Shown in pieces: positions 51,702 through 61,633 of a DNA stretch of 64,000 nucleotides. The stretch is taken from positions 23,399 through 87,398 of the forward strand of contig DASZUD010000022.1 of the NCBI GenBank assembly GCA_035548155.1, written 5' to 3'. Source of the stretch: Polyangia bacterium (GTDB lineage Bacteria > Myxococcota_A > Polyangia > Fen-1088). A program made the position numbers and the translations under genes. The notes under the pieces were generated by a model that made no database searches, was not told the DNA's origin, and saw nothing but the letters and a program-made list of their open reading frames with translations. The stretch's first letter is position 1. Every line of letters begins with the position of its first letter.

Positions 51702-52148
51702 TCAGCGGCGCTCGATCGTCAAGATCTCCGCGGACATCTGCGGGGCGCTCAGGCAGCCTTGCTCCTCGTCGACCATGTCGTCGAGGAGGTCCTGGGCCAG
51801 CCTGCGCAGGGCCCCGGCCAACCTCGCGACGTCGCCCTGGACCTGGAACGTCGCGAGGAGGCCGTCGAGGCTGCGCCGCTGGCGCAAGTGGTCCTCATAG
51901 AGGCTCCGGACGCGCTCGGGTCCCCACGAGTCGAGCACGGCCAGCACCGGCTGGAGCGCGTCATCCTCGTAGGCGAGGTGCGCGCGGAAGCGCAGGTGAA
52001 TGGCGCGGGCCAGCTCGAAGAGGCGCCCGGCGTCGCGTTCGGAGGCACCCTCGCACAGCGACACGGCCTCGTTCAGGAGCGGGCGGAGCTCTGCATGCTG
52101 CTCCAGCACCTGTTCCCTCACCGTGCATGGAAATAGCAGGATCGGCAT
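51702..52148 (-). CDS. Hemerythrin-like domain protein
   Basis: 148 aa with H...H..E / H...E spacing typical of HHE cation-binding proteins. A GGGGGAGGGTGG ribosome-binding site lies upstream. Confidence 0.5.
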   Translation of the reverse strand: MPILLFPCTVREQVLEQHAELRPLLNEAVSLCEGASERDAGRLFELARAIHLRFRAHLAYEDDALQPVLAVLDSWGPERVRSLYEDHLRQRRSLDGLLATFQVQGDVARLAGALRRLAQDLLDDMVDEEQGCLSAPQMSAEILTIERR

Positions 52149-52282
52149 GACCACCCTCCCCCTGGATCGGTCGCTGCATCGGATGTGCCGCTGGAGGACC
52201 GCGGCGGGCGCGGCTCGGGCGCGCGCGATCGCGAACGATCTGCGCGCGAAATCCAGCGGCTCGCGAGTTCTGCGCCGGGCGC

Positions 52283-53833
52283 TCAGCCGACGGCGACGAG
52301 CGGCGGCGGCTTCGCGTGGCGCGCGACCAACCGTGCGATGTCGTTCTTGCAAGATCCGCAGCCCGTTCCCGCCCGGCAGGCGCGGCCCACGGCTTCGACC
52401 GAGGCGCTGCCCGCTTCGATGCACTGCTTGAGCGTGCCTTCGGTCACCCTGTTGCAGTTGCATACGACGCGCTCGTCGCCCGCCGCGGCCGCCCCGACCA
52501 TGCCGGGGCACAGCGCCTCGAGGGGATCCGCCGGCATGGCGTCGCCGCGATCGAAGAGCTGGACCAGCGACGCGGCCGCGGCCGTGTTGCCGACCAGCAT
52601 GGCCCCCACCAGCTTGCCGTCACGCATGATGAGCTTGCGGTAGCTGCTGCGCCGCTGCTCGACGACCTCGAGCACGTCGTCGGTCTCGAACTCGGGATCC
52701 ATCGAGCCCATCGTCGCGACGTCGACGCCGGCGACCTTGAGGCGAACGTACAGCTTCGATCCCTGATAGCGCGCCTGCTGGCCCGCGGGCGCAGGCGAGC
52801 CCGTGAGGACGTCGGCCAGCACGGCCGCCTGCTCCCAGGCGGGCGCGACGACGCCGTAGATCTGGCCCCGGTGCTCGCAGCACTCGCCGAGGGCGTACAC
52901 GCCCGGCACCTCGGTCGCGAGCGCGTCGTTGACGATGATGCCCTTGTTGATGGGAAGCCCCGAGGCGCGCGCGACGTCGACGCGCGGGCGGACGCCGCAG
53001 GCCAGGACCAGCATGTCCGCGGGCAGCCGCTTGTCGTCGTCGAGCGTCACGCCGTCGACGGGGCCGTCATTCGGTTCGTCCGGCTCGTCGTCGAGCACGA
53101 CGTCGTTGACCGGTCCGTCGCCGTCGGCGCCGCGCGCGCGGCCGTGAACCGTCTCGATCGTGCGGCCCAGGCGGATGAAGATTCCGAAGCGCTCCATCTG
53201 GCGCGCCAGCATCTCGCCCGCCATCGGGTCGAGCTGCGCGTTCATCAGCGTCTCGCGCGCGTGGACGACGGTGACGTGCAGGCCCGCGTCGCCCAGCACC
53301 TTGGCGGCCTCGAGGCCCAGCAGGCCGCCGCCGAGGACGATCGCGCTCGAGGCGCCGCGCGCGTGCTCGCGCATGGCGAGGCAATCGGCCATCGTGCGGT
53401 AGACGAACACGCCGGGACGCAGCTCGCCCCCCGCGACGGTCGCGCCCTCGATGGCGGGCACGAGCGGCTGGCTGCCGGTGGCGAACACGGCCGCGTCGTA
53501 GCGATCGAAGTGGCCCGCCGTCGTCTCGACCACCTTCCGGCTCGTGTCGAGGCGTTTGACCGTCACGCCCGAGCGCAGCCGGATGCCGTTCGCCTCGAAC
53601 CACGCCGCGTCCTTCGTGACGATCTCGTCCGGCGCCTCGCCGCCCAGCACCTTCGACAGCAGGACGCGGTTGTACGTGCCGCCCGGCTCTTCGCCGTAGA
53701 CGGTGATGTCCCAGCGCCCCGTGGCGCCGCGCGCCAGCAACTCGTCGAGGAGGCGGCACGTCGCCATGCCGTTCCCGATGATGGCGAGGCGCTTCTTCGC
53801 GAGGGGCGTCGGGGTCTTTCCGGCGCCAGGCAT
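52283..53833 (-). CDS. Assimilatory nitrate reductase electron-transfer flavoprotein (NirB-N-terminal-like, FAD/NAD(P) plus BFD [2Fe-2S] domain, no siroheme domain)
   Basis: GNGMATCRLL and GGGLLGLEAA (two Rossmann sites), with a BFD-like Cys cluster CNCNRV...CGSC. 516 aa. The ATG overlaps the nasA stop as TGATG. Confidence 0.8.
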   Translation of the reverse strand: MPGAGKTPTPLAKKRLAIIGNGMATCRLLDELLARGATGRWDITVYGEEPGGTYNRVLLSKVLGGEAPDEIVTKDAAWFEANGIRLRSGVTVKRLDTSRKVVETTAGHFDRYDAAVFATGSQPLVPAIEGATVAGGELRPGVFVYRTMADCLAMREHARGASSAIVLGGGLLGLEAAKVLGDAGLHVTVVHARETLMNAQLDPMAGEMLARQMERFGIFIRLGRTIETVHGRARGADGDGPVNDVVLDDEPDEPNDGPVDGVTLDDDKRLPADMLVLACGVRPRVDVARASGLPINKGIIVNDALATEVPGVYALGECCEHRGQIYGVVAPAWEQAAVLADVLTGSPAPAGQQARYQGSKLYVRLKVAGVDVATMGSMDPEFETDDVLEVVEQRRSSYRKLIMRDGKLVGAMLVGNTAAAASLVQLFDRGDAMPADPLEALCPGMVGAAAAGDERVVCNCNRVTEGTLKQCIEAGSASVEAVGRACRAGTGCGSCKNDIARLVARHAKPPPLVAVG

Positions 53834-55917
53834 CAGGCTGCGACCTCGGCGGGCACGGCGCGCGCCCGCACGGCGCACACCTTGAATTCGGGCATGCGGC
53901 TCGTTGGATCGAGGGCCGGGACGGTCAAGATGTTGGCGGCCTGCTTTCCGCCCCAGTGGAACGGCGCGAACAGCGTGTCCGCCCGGATCTCGGGCGACAC
54001 GGTCACCGTGAACGTCACGCCGCCGCGCCGGCTCTCGACCATGAGCCGCCCGCCGTCCTCGGCGCCGAGCGTCGCGGCGAGGCGCGGGTGAATCTGCACG
54101 CGCGGCTCCGGCTTCGCGTCGACGAGCGCGCGCACCTGGCGCGTCTGCGCGCCCGAGTTGTAGTGCTCGCGGTAGCGGCCCGTGATGAAGTACAGCGGGT
54201 ATTCGCCGTCGGGCGTCTCGGCCGAAGCGCGATCGCGCGTCACGACGAAGCGCGCCTTGCCGTCGGGGTGGAAGAAGCGCTCGGCGAACAGGCGCGGCGT
54301 TCCGGGGTGGCCCGGCTCGGGGCACGGCCAGAACACGCCCTTTTCGCGGCGGATCTGCTGGTACGTCATGCCGCTGTAGTCGGCGCGCGCGCCCGCCGTG
54401 GCCGCGCCGAGCTCGGCGAACACGGCCTCGGGCGCGCTGGTCGGGAAGTGGCTCGCCGCGCCCAGCCGCGCCGCGAGCGCGTTGATGATCTCGAGGTCGC
54501 TCTTCACGCCCGCCGGCGGCTCGCGAAACGGCTCGCGCAGGATGACGCGCCCCTCGAGATTCGTCAGCGTGCCCGCCTCTTCCCCGAACTGCGTCACGGG
54601 GAGGACGACGTGGGCGTGGGCCGCCGTCTCGTTCTCGAAGGCGTCGGCGACGACGAGCAGATCGAGCGCGGCCAGACGCCGCCCGACGTTGAGCGCGTGC
54701 GGGGACGCGACGGCGACGTTCGAGCCGAAGACCAGCAGCGCCCGCACGCCGCCCTCGGGGCCGAGCGCGTCGAGCAGCTCGTAGGCGCTCTTGCCCTTCC
54801 CGGGCAGCGTCGCCGGCTCGACGCCCCACACGCGCGCGACGTGCTCGCGATCGGCGGCGTTCTCGATGAGGCGATAGCCGGGCAGCTGGTCGGCCTTCTG
54901 CCCGTGCTCGCGGCCGCCCTGGCCGTTGCCCTGGCCCGTGATGCAGCCGTAGCCCGACGAGGGCTTGCCGACCTTGCCGAGCGCGAGCATGAGGTTCGTG
55001 AGGGCAGAGACCGTGTCGGCGCCCTTCGACTGCTGCTCGGGGCCGCGGCCCGAGAGCGTCATGCTGGCCGGCGCCGCCGCGAGGAGGCGCACCACCTCGC
55101 GCTGCCGCTCGAGCGAGATGCCCGTGCGCCGCTCGACGTGAGCGGGATCGGTCATGAGCAGGTGGCGGCGAACGTCATCGAAGCCCACGGTGCGCGCCGC
55201 GACGTACGAGAGATCGACGAGCCCCTCCTCGATGGCGATCGCGAGCAGGCCGTTGGCCAGCGCGAGGTCGGTGCCGGGCGTCGGCTGCAGATGAATGTCG
55301 GCGACGCGCGCCGTCTCCGTGCGCCGCGGGTCGACGACGATCAGCTTGCCGCCGCGCTCGCGCTGCAGGTTCAACCACTGCATCATGGGCGGCATCGTGT
55401 CGGCCGGGTTCGCGCCCCACAGCATGAGCGCGTCGGCCTTGCTCACGTCTTCCATGGGGAAGGGCATGCCCCGATCGACGCCGAAGGCCCGGTTCTGGCC
55501 CGCCGCCGCCGACGACATGCAGTAGCGACCGTTGTAGTCGATGTTGGGCGTGCGCAGCGCGACGCGCGCGAACTTGCCCAGAAGGTAGGCCTTCTCGTTC
55601 GTGAGCGCGCCGCTGCCGAAGAGGCCCACGGCCGCGTCGCCGTAGGTGGCGCGCACGGCCGAGAGCCGCTCGGCCACGAAGTCGAGCGCGTCGTCCCACG
55701 ACGCGGGCGCGAGCCGACCGTCGCGCCCGCGCAGCTTGGGAGCGAGCAGCCGCGCGGGGTGGTCGAGCAGCGTCGCCGAGGTGAAGCCCTTGATGCACAT
55801 CTGGCCGCGGTTCACCGGGAAGTCCTCGTCGGCCTTCACGGCGTAGGATCGATCCGCGCCCTGTGTGACGCGGATGCCGCACTGAAAAGCGCAGTACGGG
55901 CAGTGCGTCCGATTCAT
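53833..55917 (-). CDS. nasA: Assimilatory nitrate reductase catalytic subunit (molybdopterin oxidoreductase)
   Basis: N-terminal Fe-S motif CPYCAFQCG, a molybdopterin domain, and a GGAGGG ribosome-binding site. 694 aa. Confidence 0.9.
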   Translation of the reverse strand: MNRTHCPYCAFQCGIRVTQGADRSYAVKADEDFPVNRGQMCIKGFTSATLLDHPARLLAPKLRGRDGRLAPASWDDALDFVAERLSAVRATYGDAAVGLFGSGALTNEKAYLLGKFARVALRTPNIDYNGRYCMSSAAAGQNRAFGVDRGMPFPMEDVSKADALMLWGANPADTMPPMMQWLNLQRERGGKLIVVDPRRTETARVADIHLQPTPGTDLALANGLLAIAIEEGLVDLSYVAARTVGFDDVRRHLLMTDPAHVERRTGISLERQREVVRLLAAAPASMTLSGRGPEQQSKGADTVSALTNLMLALGKVGKPSSGYGCITGQGNGQGGREHGQKADQLPGYRLIENAADREHVARVWGVEPATLPGKGKSAYELLDALGPEGGVRALLVFGSNVAVASPHALNVGRRLAALDLLVVADAFENETAAHAHVVLPVTQFGEEAGTLTNLEGRVILREPFREPPAGVKSDLEIINALAARLGAASHFPTSAPEAVFAELGAATAGARADYSGMTYQQIRREKGVFWPCPEPGHPGTPRLFAERFFHPDGKARFVVTRDRASAETPDGEYPLYFITGRYREHYNSGAQTRQVRALVDAKPEPRVQIHPRLAATLGAEDGGRLMVESRRGGVTFTVTVSPEIRADTLFAPFHWGGKQAANILTVPALDPTSRMPEFKVCAVRARAVPAEVAA

Positions 55918-56351
55918 TCGCCCTCCGGTCGGGGCGCGCGCAGGTGCACCTCGACGCGCCCCGCGCGCACGCGCGCCGGCCACACCGGGAGCACGACGGC
56001 CGCGTCGTCGAGGCACTGCCCCGTCCGCAGGTCGAAGCTCTGCTTGTAGATGGGCGACGCGATCTTCGCGACGCCGCGCTTGTCGCCCACGATGCCGCGC
56101 GAGAGCACGAAGGCCTCGCTGAACGGATCGAAGTTGCTGATCGCGAAGACGTCGTCGCCCTCGCCCACGCGCACGACGGCGATCTGCTGGCCCGCGATCA
56201 GCGCGCACACGCCCGTGTCGGGCACGATGTCGGCGAGGTCGCACACGGGGTGCCACTCGGCGTCCGCGCGGCTCGAAACGTCGCGCTCGTTCGCGGGCGG
56301 CTGGCGCGTCGCCTCGACGGGCAGCGCCACGGTGAGGCCCATGCGGCTCAC
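55914..56351 (-). CDS. nirD: Nitrite reductase small subunit NirD (Rieske-like)
   Basis: 145-aa NirD family protein. Overlaps the nasA start as ATGA. Confidence 0.8.
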   Translation of the reverse strand: MSRMGLTVALPVEATRQPPANERDVSSRADAEWHPVCDLADIVPDTGVCALIAGQQIAVVRVGEGDDVFAISNFDPFSEAFVLSRGIVGDKRGVAKIASPIYKQSFDLRTGQCLDDAAVVLPVWPARVRAGRVEVHLRAPRPEGE

Positions 56352-58960
56352 GACGACTTCCCTCCCCCCGCGGCCGCCGCCATCAACAAGGCCGGCATGT
56401 CGCCCTTCTTCTCATCCCAGGTCGCGGGCCGGTGCTGCTGCCGCAGCGGCAGGCGGACGATGCTGGGATCGGCGGCCTCGCTGTTGACGAAGGAGCGGAA
56501 GCGGCGCACGGACGCTGGATCTTCGATCGTCGTGCGCCACTCGTCCTGATAGGTGTCGACGACGTGCTGCATGTCGCGCTCGAGCTCGGCCGCGAGGCCC
56601 AGCGAGTCTTCGACGACCACGGCCTTGAGGTAGTCCATGCCGCCCTCGAGCTTGTTGAACCAGGTCGCCGTACGTTCGAGCCGATCCGCCGTGCGCACGT
56701 AGAGCATGAGGAACCGGTCGACGTACCGGATCAGCGTGTCCTCGTCGAGGTCCTGCGCCAGGAGCCGCGCGTGTTGCGGCTTCATGCCGCCGTTGCCGCA
56801 CACGTAGAGGTTGTAGCCCTTCTCCGTGGCGATGACGCCGAAGTCCTTGCTCTGCGCCTCGGCGCACTCGCGCGCGCACCCCGACACGGCGCTCTTGAGC
56901 TTGTGCGGGCTGCGCAGGCCCTTGTAGCGGTTCTCGAGCCGGATCGCGAAGGCCACCGAGTCCTGGACGCCGTAGCGGCACCACGTGCTGCCCACGCACG
57001 ACTTCACCGTGCGCAGCGCCTTGCCGTACGCGTGCCCCGACTCGAAGCCGGCGTCGATGAGCTCGCGCCAGATGTGCGGCAGCTGCTCGACGCGCGCGCC
57101 GAAGAGGTCGACGCGCTGGCCGCCCGTGATCTTCGTGTAGAGGCCGTAGCGCTCGGCCACCTCGCCGAGGGCGATGAGCTGGCGCGGCGTGATCTCGCCC
57201 CCGGCGACGCGCGGCACCACCGAATAGGTCCCGTCGCGCTGGATGTTGGCCAGAAATCGATCGTTCGTGTCCTGCAAGCCGACGTGCTCGCGCTTCGTGA
57301 TGACCTCGTTGAAGATCGACGCGAGGATCGAGGCCATGGCGGGCTTGCAGATCTCGCACCCGGCGCCGCGCCCGAAGCTGCCGAGCGCCCCGGCGAAGGT
57401 CTTGGTCTGGCGCACCTTCACCAGGTGGAACAGCTCCTGGCGCGAGTGCGGGAAGTGCTCGCAGAGGTGGTTGTCGACCGCGACGCCCGAGCGCCGCAGC
57501 TCGGCCTTGAGGATCTCGGTGACCAGCGGCACGCACGAGCCGCAGCTGGTGCCCGCCTTCGTGCACGACTTCACCGCGCCGATCGTCCCGAGGCTCTCGG
57601 CGGCGATCGCGTCGCAGATCACGCCCTTCGTGACGTTGTTGCAGCTGCACACCATCGCCTCGGCGGGCAGGGCGTCGGGGCCGAGGCCGCCGCTCTTCCC
57701 CGAGCGCGGCGGCAGGATCAGCTCTTCGGGCTGCGCCGGCAGCTTCATGCGCGTCTGCACCATCGCGAGCAGCTGCGAGTAGGCCGCCGCGTCGCCCACG
57801 AGGATGCCGCCCAGCAGGCGCTCCTTGTCGGCGCTCACGACGAGCTTCTTGTAGACGCCCTGCACGCTGTCGACGAGACAGAGCGTGTGCGCGCCGGCCT
57901 CGAGGCCGAACGCGTCGCCGAAGCTGGCGACGTCGACCCCCAGGAGCTTCAGCTTCGAGCTCATGTCGAAGTGCCCCAGCTCGTCGCTGTGCCCCTCGAG
58001 GATCTGCTTGGCCGCGATCTCGGCCATCTTGTAGCCGGGCGCGACCAGGCCGTAGGTGCGGCCCATCCAGGCGGCGCACTCGCCGATGGCGTAGACGTGG
58101 GCATCTCCCGGCGTCCGGCAGTGCTGGTCGACGACGACGCCGCCGCGCGCCGCGATCTCGAGGCCGGCGGCGCGCGCGACGCCGTCGTTGGGGCGGATGC
58201 CGGCCGAGAAGACGACGATCTCGGCGGGCAGCTCGCCGCCGTCCGCGAAGACCATGCGGCCCACGGGCGCGCGGCCGTCGTCGCGCACGCTGGCGCCCGC
58301 GATCTTCTTCGTGTTGATGCCCGTGTGGACGCCCACGCCCAGGCTCTCGATCCGGCGCCGCAGGATCGCGCCGCCCAGCTCGTCGACCTGCAGCGGCATC
58401 AGACGCGGCGCCACCTCGAGCACGTGCGTCTCGAGGCCGAGGTTGCGCAGCGCGTTCGCCGCCTCGAGGCCGAGAAGCCCACCGCCGACGACGACGCCCG
58501 CCGAGACCTCAGGCCGCGCCGCCCAGGTGCGGATCGCCTCGAGGTCCTCGATCGTGCGGTAGACGAAGCAGCCGGGCCGGTCGCGGCCGTCGACGGGCGG
58601 CACGAACGGGAACGAGCCCGTCGCCAGGACGAGGACGTCGTAGGGCACGTCGTCGCCGCGCGACGAGCGGACGGTCTTCGCGGCGCGATCGATCGACACG
58701 GCGCGGTCACCGACGCGCACCTCGATCCCCGCCGCTTCGTAAGAGCCTGGCTCGACGAGCGACAGCTTCTCGGCGCCCTCCTCGACCTCGGCGTGCTCGA
58801 AGAGCTTCGAGAGATTGACGCGGTCGTAGGCGAGGCGCGGCTCCTCGCAGAAGACCGTGACCGAGAGCCGATCCATGCCGCCGCCGGCGACGAGCTTCTC
58901 GAGGAACCGGTGACCGACCATTCCGTTTCCGAGCACGACCAGCTTCGTCCGCGTCGACAT
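56348..58960 (-). CDS. nirB: Nitrite reductase [NAD(P)H] large subunit NirB
   Basis: Begins MSTRTKLVVLGNGMVGHRF. Has FAD/NAD domains, a BFD Cys cluster, and a siroheme/[4Fe-4S] domain with the CxxxxxC...C motif. 870 aa. Confidence 0.9.
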   Translation of the reverse strand: MSTRTKLVVLGNGMVGHRFLEKLVAGGGMDRLSVTVFCEEPRLAYDRVNLSKLFEHAEVEEGAEKLSLVEPGSYEAAGIEVRVGDRAVSIDRAAKTVRSSRGDDVPYDVLVLATGSFPFVPPVDGRDRPGCFVYRTIEDLEAIRTWAARPEVSAGVVVGGGLLGLEAANALRNLGLETHVLEVAPRLMPLQVDELGGAILRRRIESLGVGVHTGINTKKIAGASVRDDGRAPVGRMVFADGGELPAEIVVFSAGIRPNDGVARAAGLEIAARGGVVVDQHCRTPGDAHVYAIGECAAWMGRTYGLVAPGYKMAEIAAKQILEGHSDELGHFDMSSKLKLLGVDVASFGDAFGLEAGAHTLCLVDSVQGVYKKLVVSADKERLLGGILVGDAAAYSQLLAMVQTRMKLPAQPEELILPPRSGKSGGLGPDALPAEAMVCSCNNVTKGVICDAIAAESLGTIGAVKSCTKAGTSCGSCVPLVTEILKAELRRSGVAVDNHLCEHFPHSRQELFHLVKVRQTKTFAGALGSFGRGAGCEICKPAMASILASIFNEVITKREHVGLQDTNDRFLANIQRDGTYSVVPRVAGGEITPRQLIALGEVAERYGLYTKITGGQRVDLFGARVEQLPHIWRELIDAGFESGHAYGKALRTVKSCVGSTWCRYGVQDSVAFAIRLENRYKGLRSPHKLKSAVSGCARECAEAQSKDFGVIATEKGYNLYVCGNGGMKPQHARLLAQDLDEDTLIRYVDRFLMLYVRTADRLERTATWFNKLEGGMDYLKAVVVEDSLGLAAELERDMQHVVDTYQDEWRTTIEDPASVRRFRSFVNSEAADPSIVRLPLRQQHRPATWDEKKGDMPALLMAAAAGGGKSS

Positions 58961-59163
58961 CTGAAAGCCAGGGTAGAGGTCGCCACGTTTCCTCTCCGTC
59001 AAGAGATCGTCGAAACCTCGTATCGCGGTCACCGGGTCGCAACTTCGGCGCCTCCGCGCACGTCTCGATCGTGAAGTCCGACGCGAGGCGAGCGTTACGC
59101 ACACGAGACCGCGCAGAAACGCCTGCGAAACCGCGACTCCCTAGACTATAAGACGAGCCCCAA
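58961..59163. promoter_or_regulatory. Divergent intergenic region between nirB and the NIT-domain protein
   Basis: 203 bp of non-coding DNA. The minus strand carries a weak sigma-54-like element aGGCGCC-gaag-TTGCG at about 59044-59062. Confidence 0.3.
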
Positions 59164-60243
59164 ATGCCCATCGGCTCAGCCGACGCCACGCGCATCTTGC
59201 GCTTCTGTCTCGGAGCGGACGACTCCGGCCAGGCGACGCTCACCCCGGACGGAACGTGCGTCGTCACGATCGCGCTCTGCCGCGCGTCCTACGAGGTGCT
59301 GACCTTCAAGGCGCCGACGTTCGAAGAGGCGCTGCGCGCCGCGGGCGCCGCGGGCGCCGTGAAGGCCGCCTGCATCGACAAGCAGATCGCCTTCCTCTCG
59401 CGTGGCGAAGCGCGTGAAGAAGCGCCGCGGGGCCTGCCGCTCGCGTTCGGCGCGCCGGCGCTCACGACGCCGGCGGCGACGACCCGCTTCTCCTTCCTCG
59501 AGCTCACCGACACGATCGGCGCGCTGGTCCACGAGACGCAGCGCGAGCGCGGGATGTCGACGTTGTTCATCGGCTCGGGCGGGCGCCTCCTCAACGCCGA
59601 TCTGCGCGAGCAGTGGCACCAGACGGATCGCCGGCACGGCGCGCTGATCGATCTGCTGAAGCGGGAGACCGCCGCGCCCCCGCTGGTGCGGCGCAGGCTC
59701 GAGCGCGCCGAGACGTTGCTGGCGACCGTCGCGCCGCTGCGCACGGGCGTCGCCCAAGGCGCCGTCACGCCGCCGCTCGTGATCGAGGCGTTCACGAAGG
59801 TCAACGCCGAGCTGCTGGCGGCCGTGGACACCTTCATGGCCTTCGGCACGCTCGACGCGGATCGCACGGCGGCGATGGCGTGCCTCACCCTGCTGCACGC
59901 CAAGGAGAAGACGGGGATCGAGCGCGCGCAGCTGACCGCTGCTTTCGTCGAGGATCGCTTCACGACCGATCAGCGGATCGCCGTGGCCGCGCTGATCGCG
60001 GCCCAGTCGAGCTACCTGCACATGTTCGCGGCCGTCGCGCCGCGCCCCGCCGAGCAGCTTCTGCGACGCACGCTGGCCTCGCCCGCCGCCAACGAGGTCA
60101 GCCGGATGGAGAGCGTCGTCTTCGGACACGACGACAGCGGCTTCGGGATCGATCCTTCGGCCTGGTTCACCACGATCACGCGCAAGATCGACATGCTCGG
60201 CGACGTGGCGAACGTCACCCTCTCGCTGCTCCGCGAGCTCTGA
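59164..60243 (+). CDS. NIT (nitrate/nitrite-sensing) domain protein without a recognisable output domain
   Basis: LVHETQRERGMSTLFIGSGG is the hallmark start of a NIT domain, and helical repeats follow. Neither an ANTAR nor a helix-turn-helix domain is detectable. Confidence 0.55.
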   Translation: MPIGSADATRILRFCLGADDSGQATLTPDGTCVVTIALCRASYEVLTFKAPTFEEALRAAGAAGAVKAACIDKQIAFLSRGEAREEAPRGLPLAFGAPALTTPAATTRFSFLELTDTIGALVHETQRERGMSTLFIGSGGRLLNADLREQWHQTDRRHGALIDLLKRETAAPPLVRRRLERAETLLATVAPLRTGVAQGAVTPPLVIEAFTKVNAELLAAVDTFMAFGTLDADRTAAMACLTLLHAKEKTGIERAQLTAAFVEDRFTTDQRIAVAALIAAQSSYLHMFAAVAPRPAEQLLRRTLASPAANEVSRMESVVFGHDDSGFGIDPSAWFTTITRKIDMLGDVANVTLSLLREL

Positions 60244-60259
60244 ACGGCGCCCAGCGCCC

Positions 60260-61600
60260 TCACCCGCGCCGCAGGTCCTCGAGGCACCGCGAGATCTCGA
60301 GAGGCGGCGCCGCCGCGGGCTCGAGCTCTCGAAGCGCCGGCGGCAGCGTCGCGAGCGACTCGGCGGCGCGCCGGCGCGCCTCGGACAGCGGCGCGCGCAC
60401 GAGCCGCCGTCCGCAGCTCATGACCCGCTCGAGCAGCGGCGCGCCGTCGCCAGGCTCGTCGGCGAGGTGCAGCTGGTCGCGCGCGATGAACCCGGCGCCG
60501 TCCAGCCCGCGGCTCACCTGCTTGCGCCCCGGGTAGGTCGCCTTGCCCTCCGAGCGCTTGAGGCGCGGCCGCCCCGCGTACTCGACCAGCTTGTACGCGC
60601 AGTCGAGGTAGGGCGCGTCGAACGACGTGACGATGCGAGTGCCGGGCGCGAACGTGTCGATGGGCGCGCCCACGCGGACCAGGTGATCGATGTCGCGCTC
60701 GTCGAGCCCGCTCGAGGCGACGATCGCGACCTCGCGCAGCCCGCCCGCGTCCAGGATGCCGCGCACGGCGCGGGCGTGCGCCGCCAGGTCGCCGCTGTCG
60801 ATGCGCACCGCCTTGACCGTGATGCCGCGGCTGCCGAGCCGCCCGGCGAGCGCGACGACCTTCTGCGCGGCGGCCTCCGTGTCGTAGGTGTCGATCAACA
60901 AGACGACGTCACGCGGGTGGCTCACGGCGAAGTGCTCGAACGCCTCCTCCTCGTCGTCGTGCGCCTGCACGAACGAGTGAGCCATCGTCCCGAACACGGG
61001 AAGACCGAACCGCGCGCCCGCCTGCACGTTCGACGTGCCGTCGAAGCCGGCCACGTAGGCCGCGCGCGCCGCGTAGAGCCCCGCCTCCGCGCCGTGCGCG
61101 CGCCGCAAGCCGAAGTCGACGAGCTTGCGCCCGCGCGCGGCGAGCACCGCGCGCGCCGCCTTCGAGGCCACCGCCGTCTGGAGGTGGAGCAGGTTGATGA
61201 GCCGCGTCTCGACCAGCTGCGCCTCGCCGATGGGCGCCGTCACGCGCAGGAGGGGCTCGTTCGCGAAGAAGACCGTCCCCTCGGGCATCGCCCACGCCTC
61301 CCCCGTGAAGCGCACGTCGCCGAGGCGATCGACGAACTCCGTCGAGAGCTGGCCGGTGCGCGCCAGCGTCGCGAGATGAGCACGGTCGTCGGCCGTGAAC
61401 CGGAACGTCTCCAAGAAGTCGAGCGCCTGCTCGAGGCCGGCGGCGATCAGGAAGTTGCGCCCGGGCGGCAGCCGGCGCACGAACAGCTCGAACGACGCCG
61501 GCGCGTCCATGCCTCGCTCGAAGTACGTCTCGGCCATCGTGAGCTCGTAGAGGTCGATCGAGAGAGCTTCCGACGGGGCTTCACCGGTCGCGCTGGGCAT
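60260..61600 (-). CDS. pncB: Nicotinate phosphoribosyltransferase
   Basis: 446-aa PncB-like protein (LYELTMAETYF...GTMAHSFV). A strong AGGAGGGAAGG ribosome-binding site precedes it. Confidence 0.85.
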   Translation of the reverse strand: MPSATGEAPSEALSIDLYELTMAETYFERGMDAPASFELFVRRLPPGRNFLIAAGLEQALDFLETFRFTADDRAHLATLARTGQLSTEFVDRLGDVRFTGEAWAMPEGTVFFANEPLLRVTAPIGEAQLVETRLINLLHLQTAVASKAARAVLAARGRKLVDFGLRRAHGAEAGLYAARAAYVAGFDGTSNVQAGARFGLPVFGTMAHSFVQAHDDEEEAFEHFAVSHPRDVVLLIDTYDTEAAAQKVVALAGRLGSRGITVKAVRIDSGDLAAHARAVRGILDAGGLREVAIVASSGLDERDIDHLVRVGAPIDTFAPGTRIVTSFDAPYLDCAYKLVEYAGRPRLKRSEGKATYPGRKQVSRGLDGAGFIARDQLHLADEPGDGAPLLERVMSCGRRLVRAPLSEARRRAAESLATLPPALRELEPAAAPPLEISRCLEDLRRG

Positions 61601-61633
61601 GTCCTTCCCTCCTTGCCGACTTACGTTTGGGAG

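Noticed and set aside
52283-54829. 848-aa ORF, with analogous over-long ORFs at 53833-56256, 56348-59104, 60260-61984 and 35919-38063.
   Set aside because: The true starts are at internal ATGs preceded by ribosome-binding sites (53833, 55917, 58960, 61600, 36764). The upstream extensions are Arg-rich read-through of the neighbouring gene in another frame.
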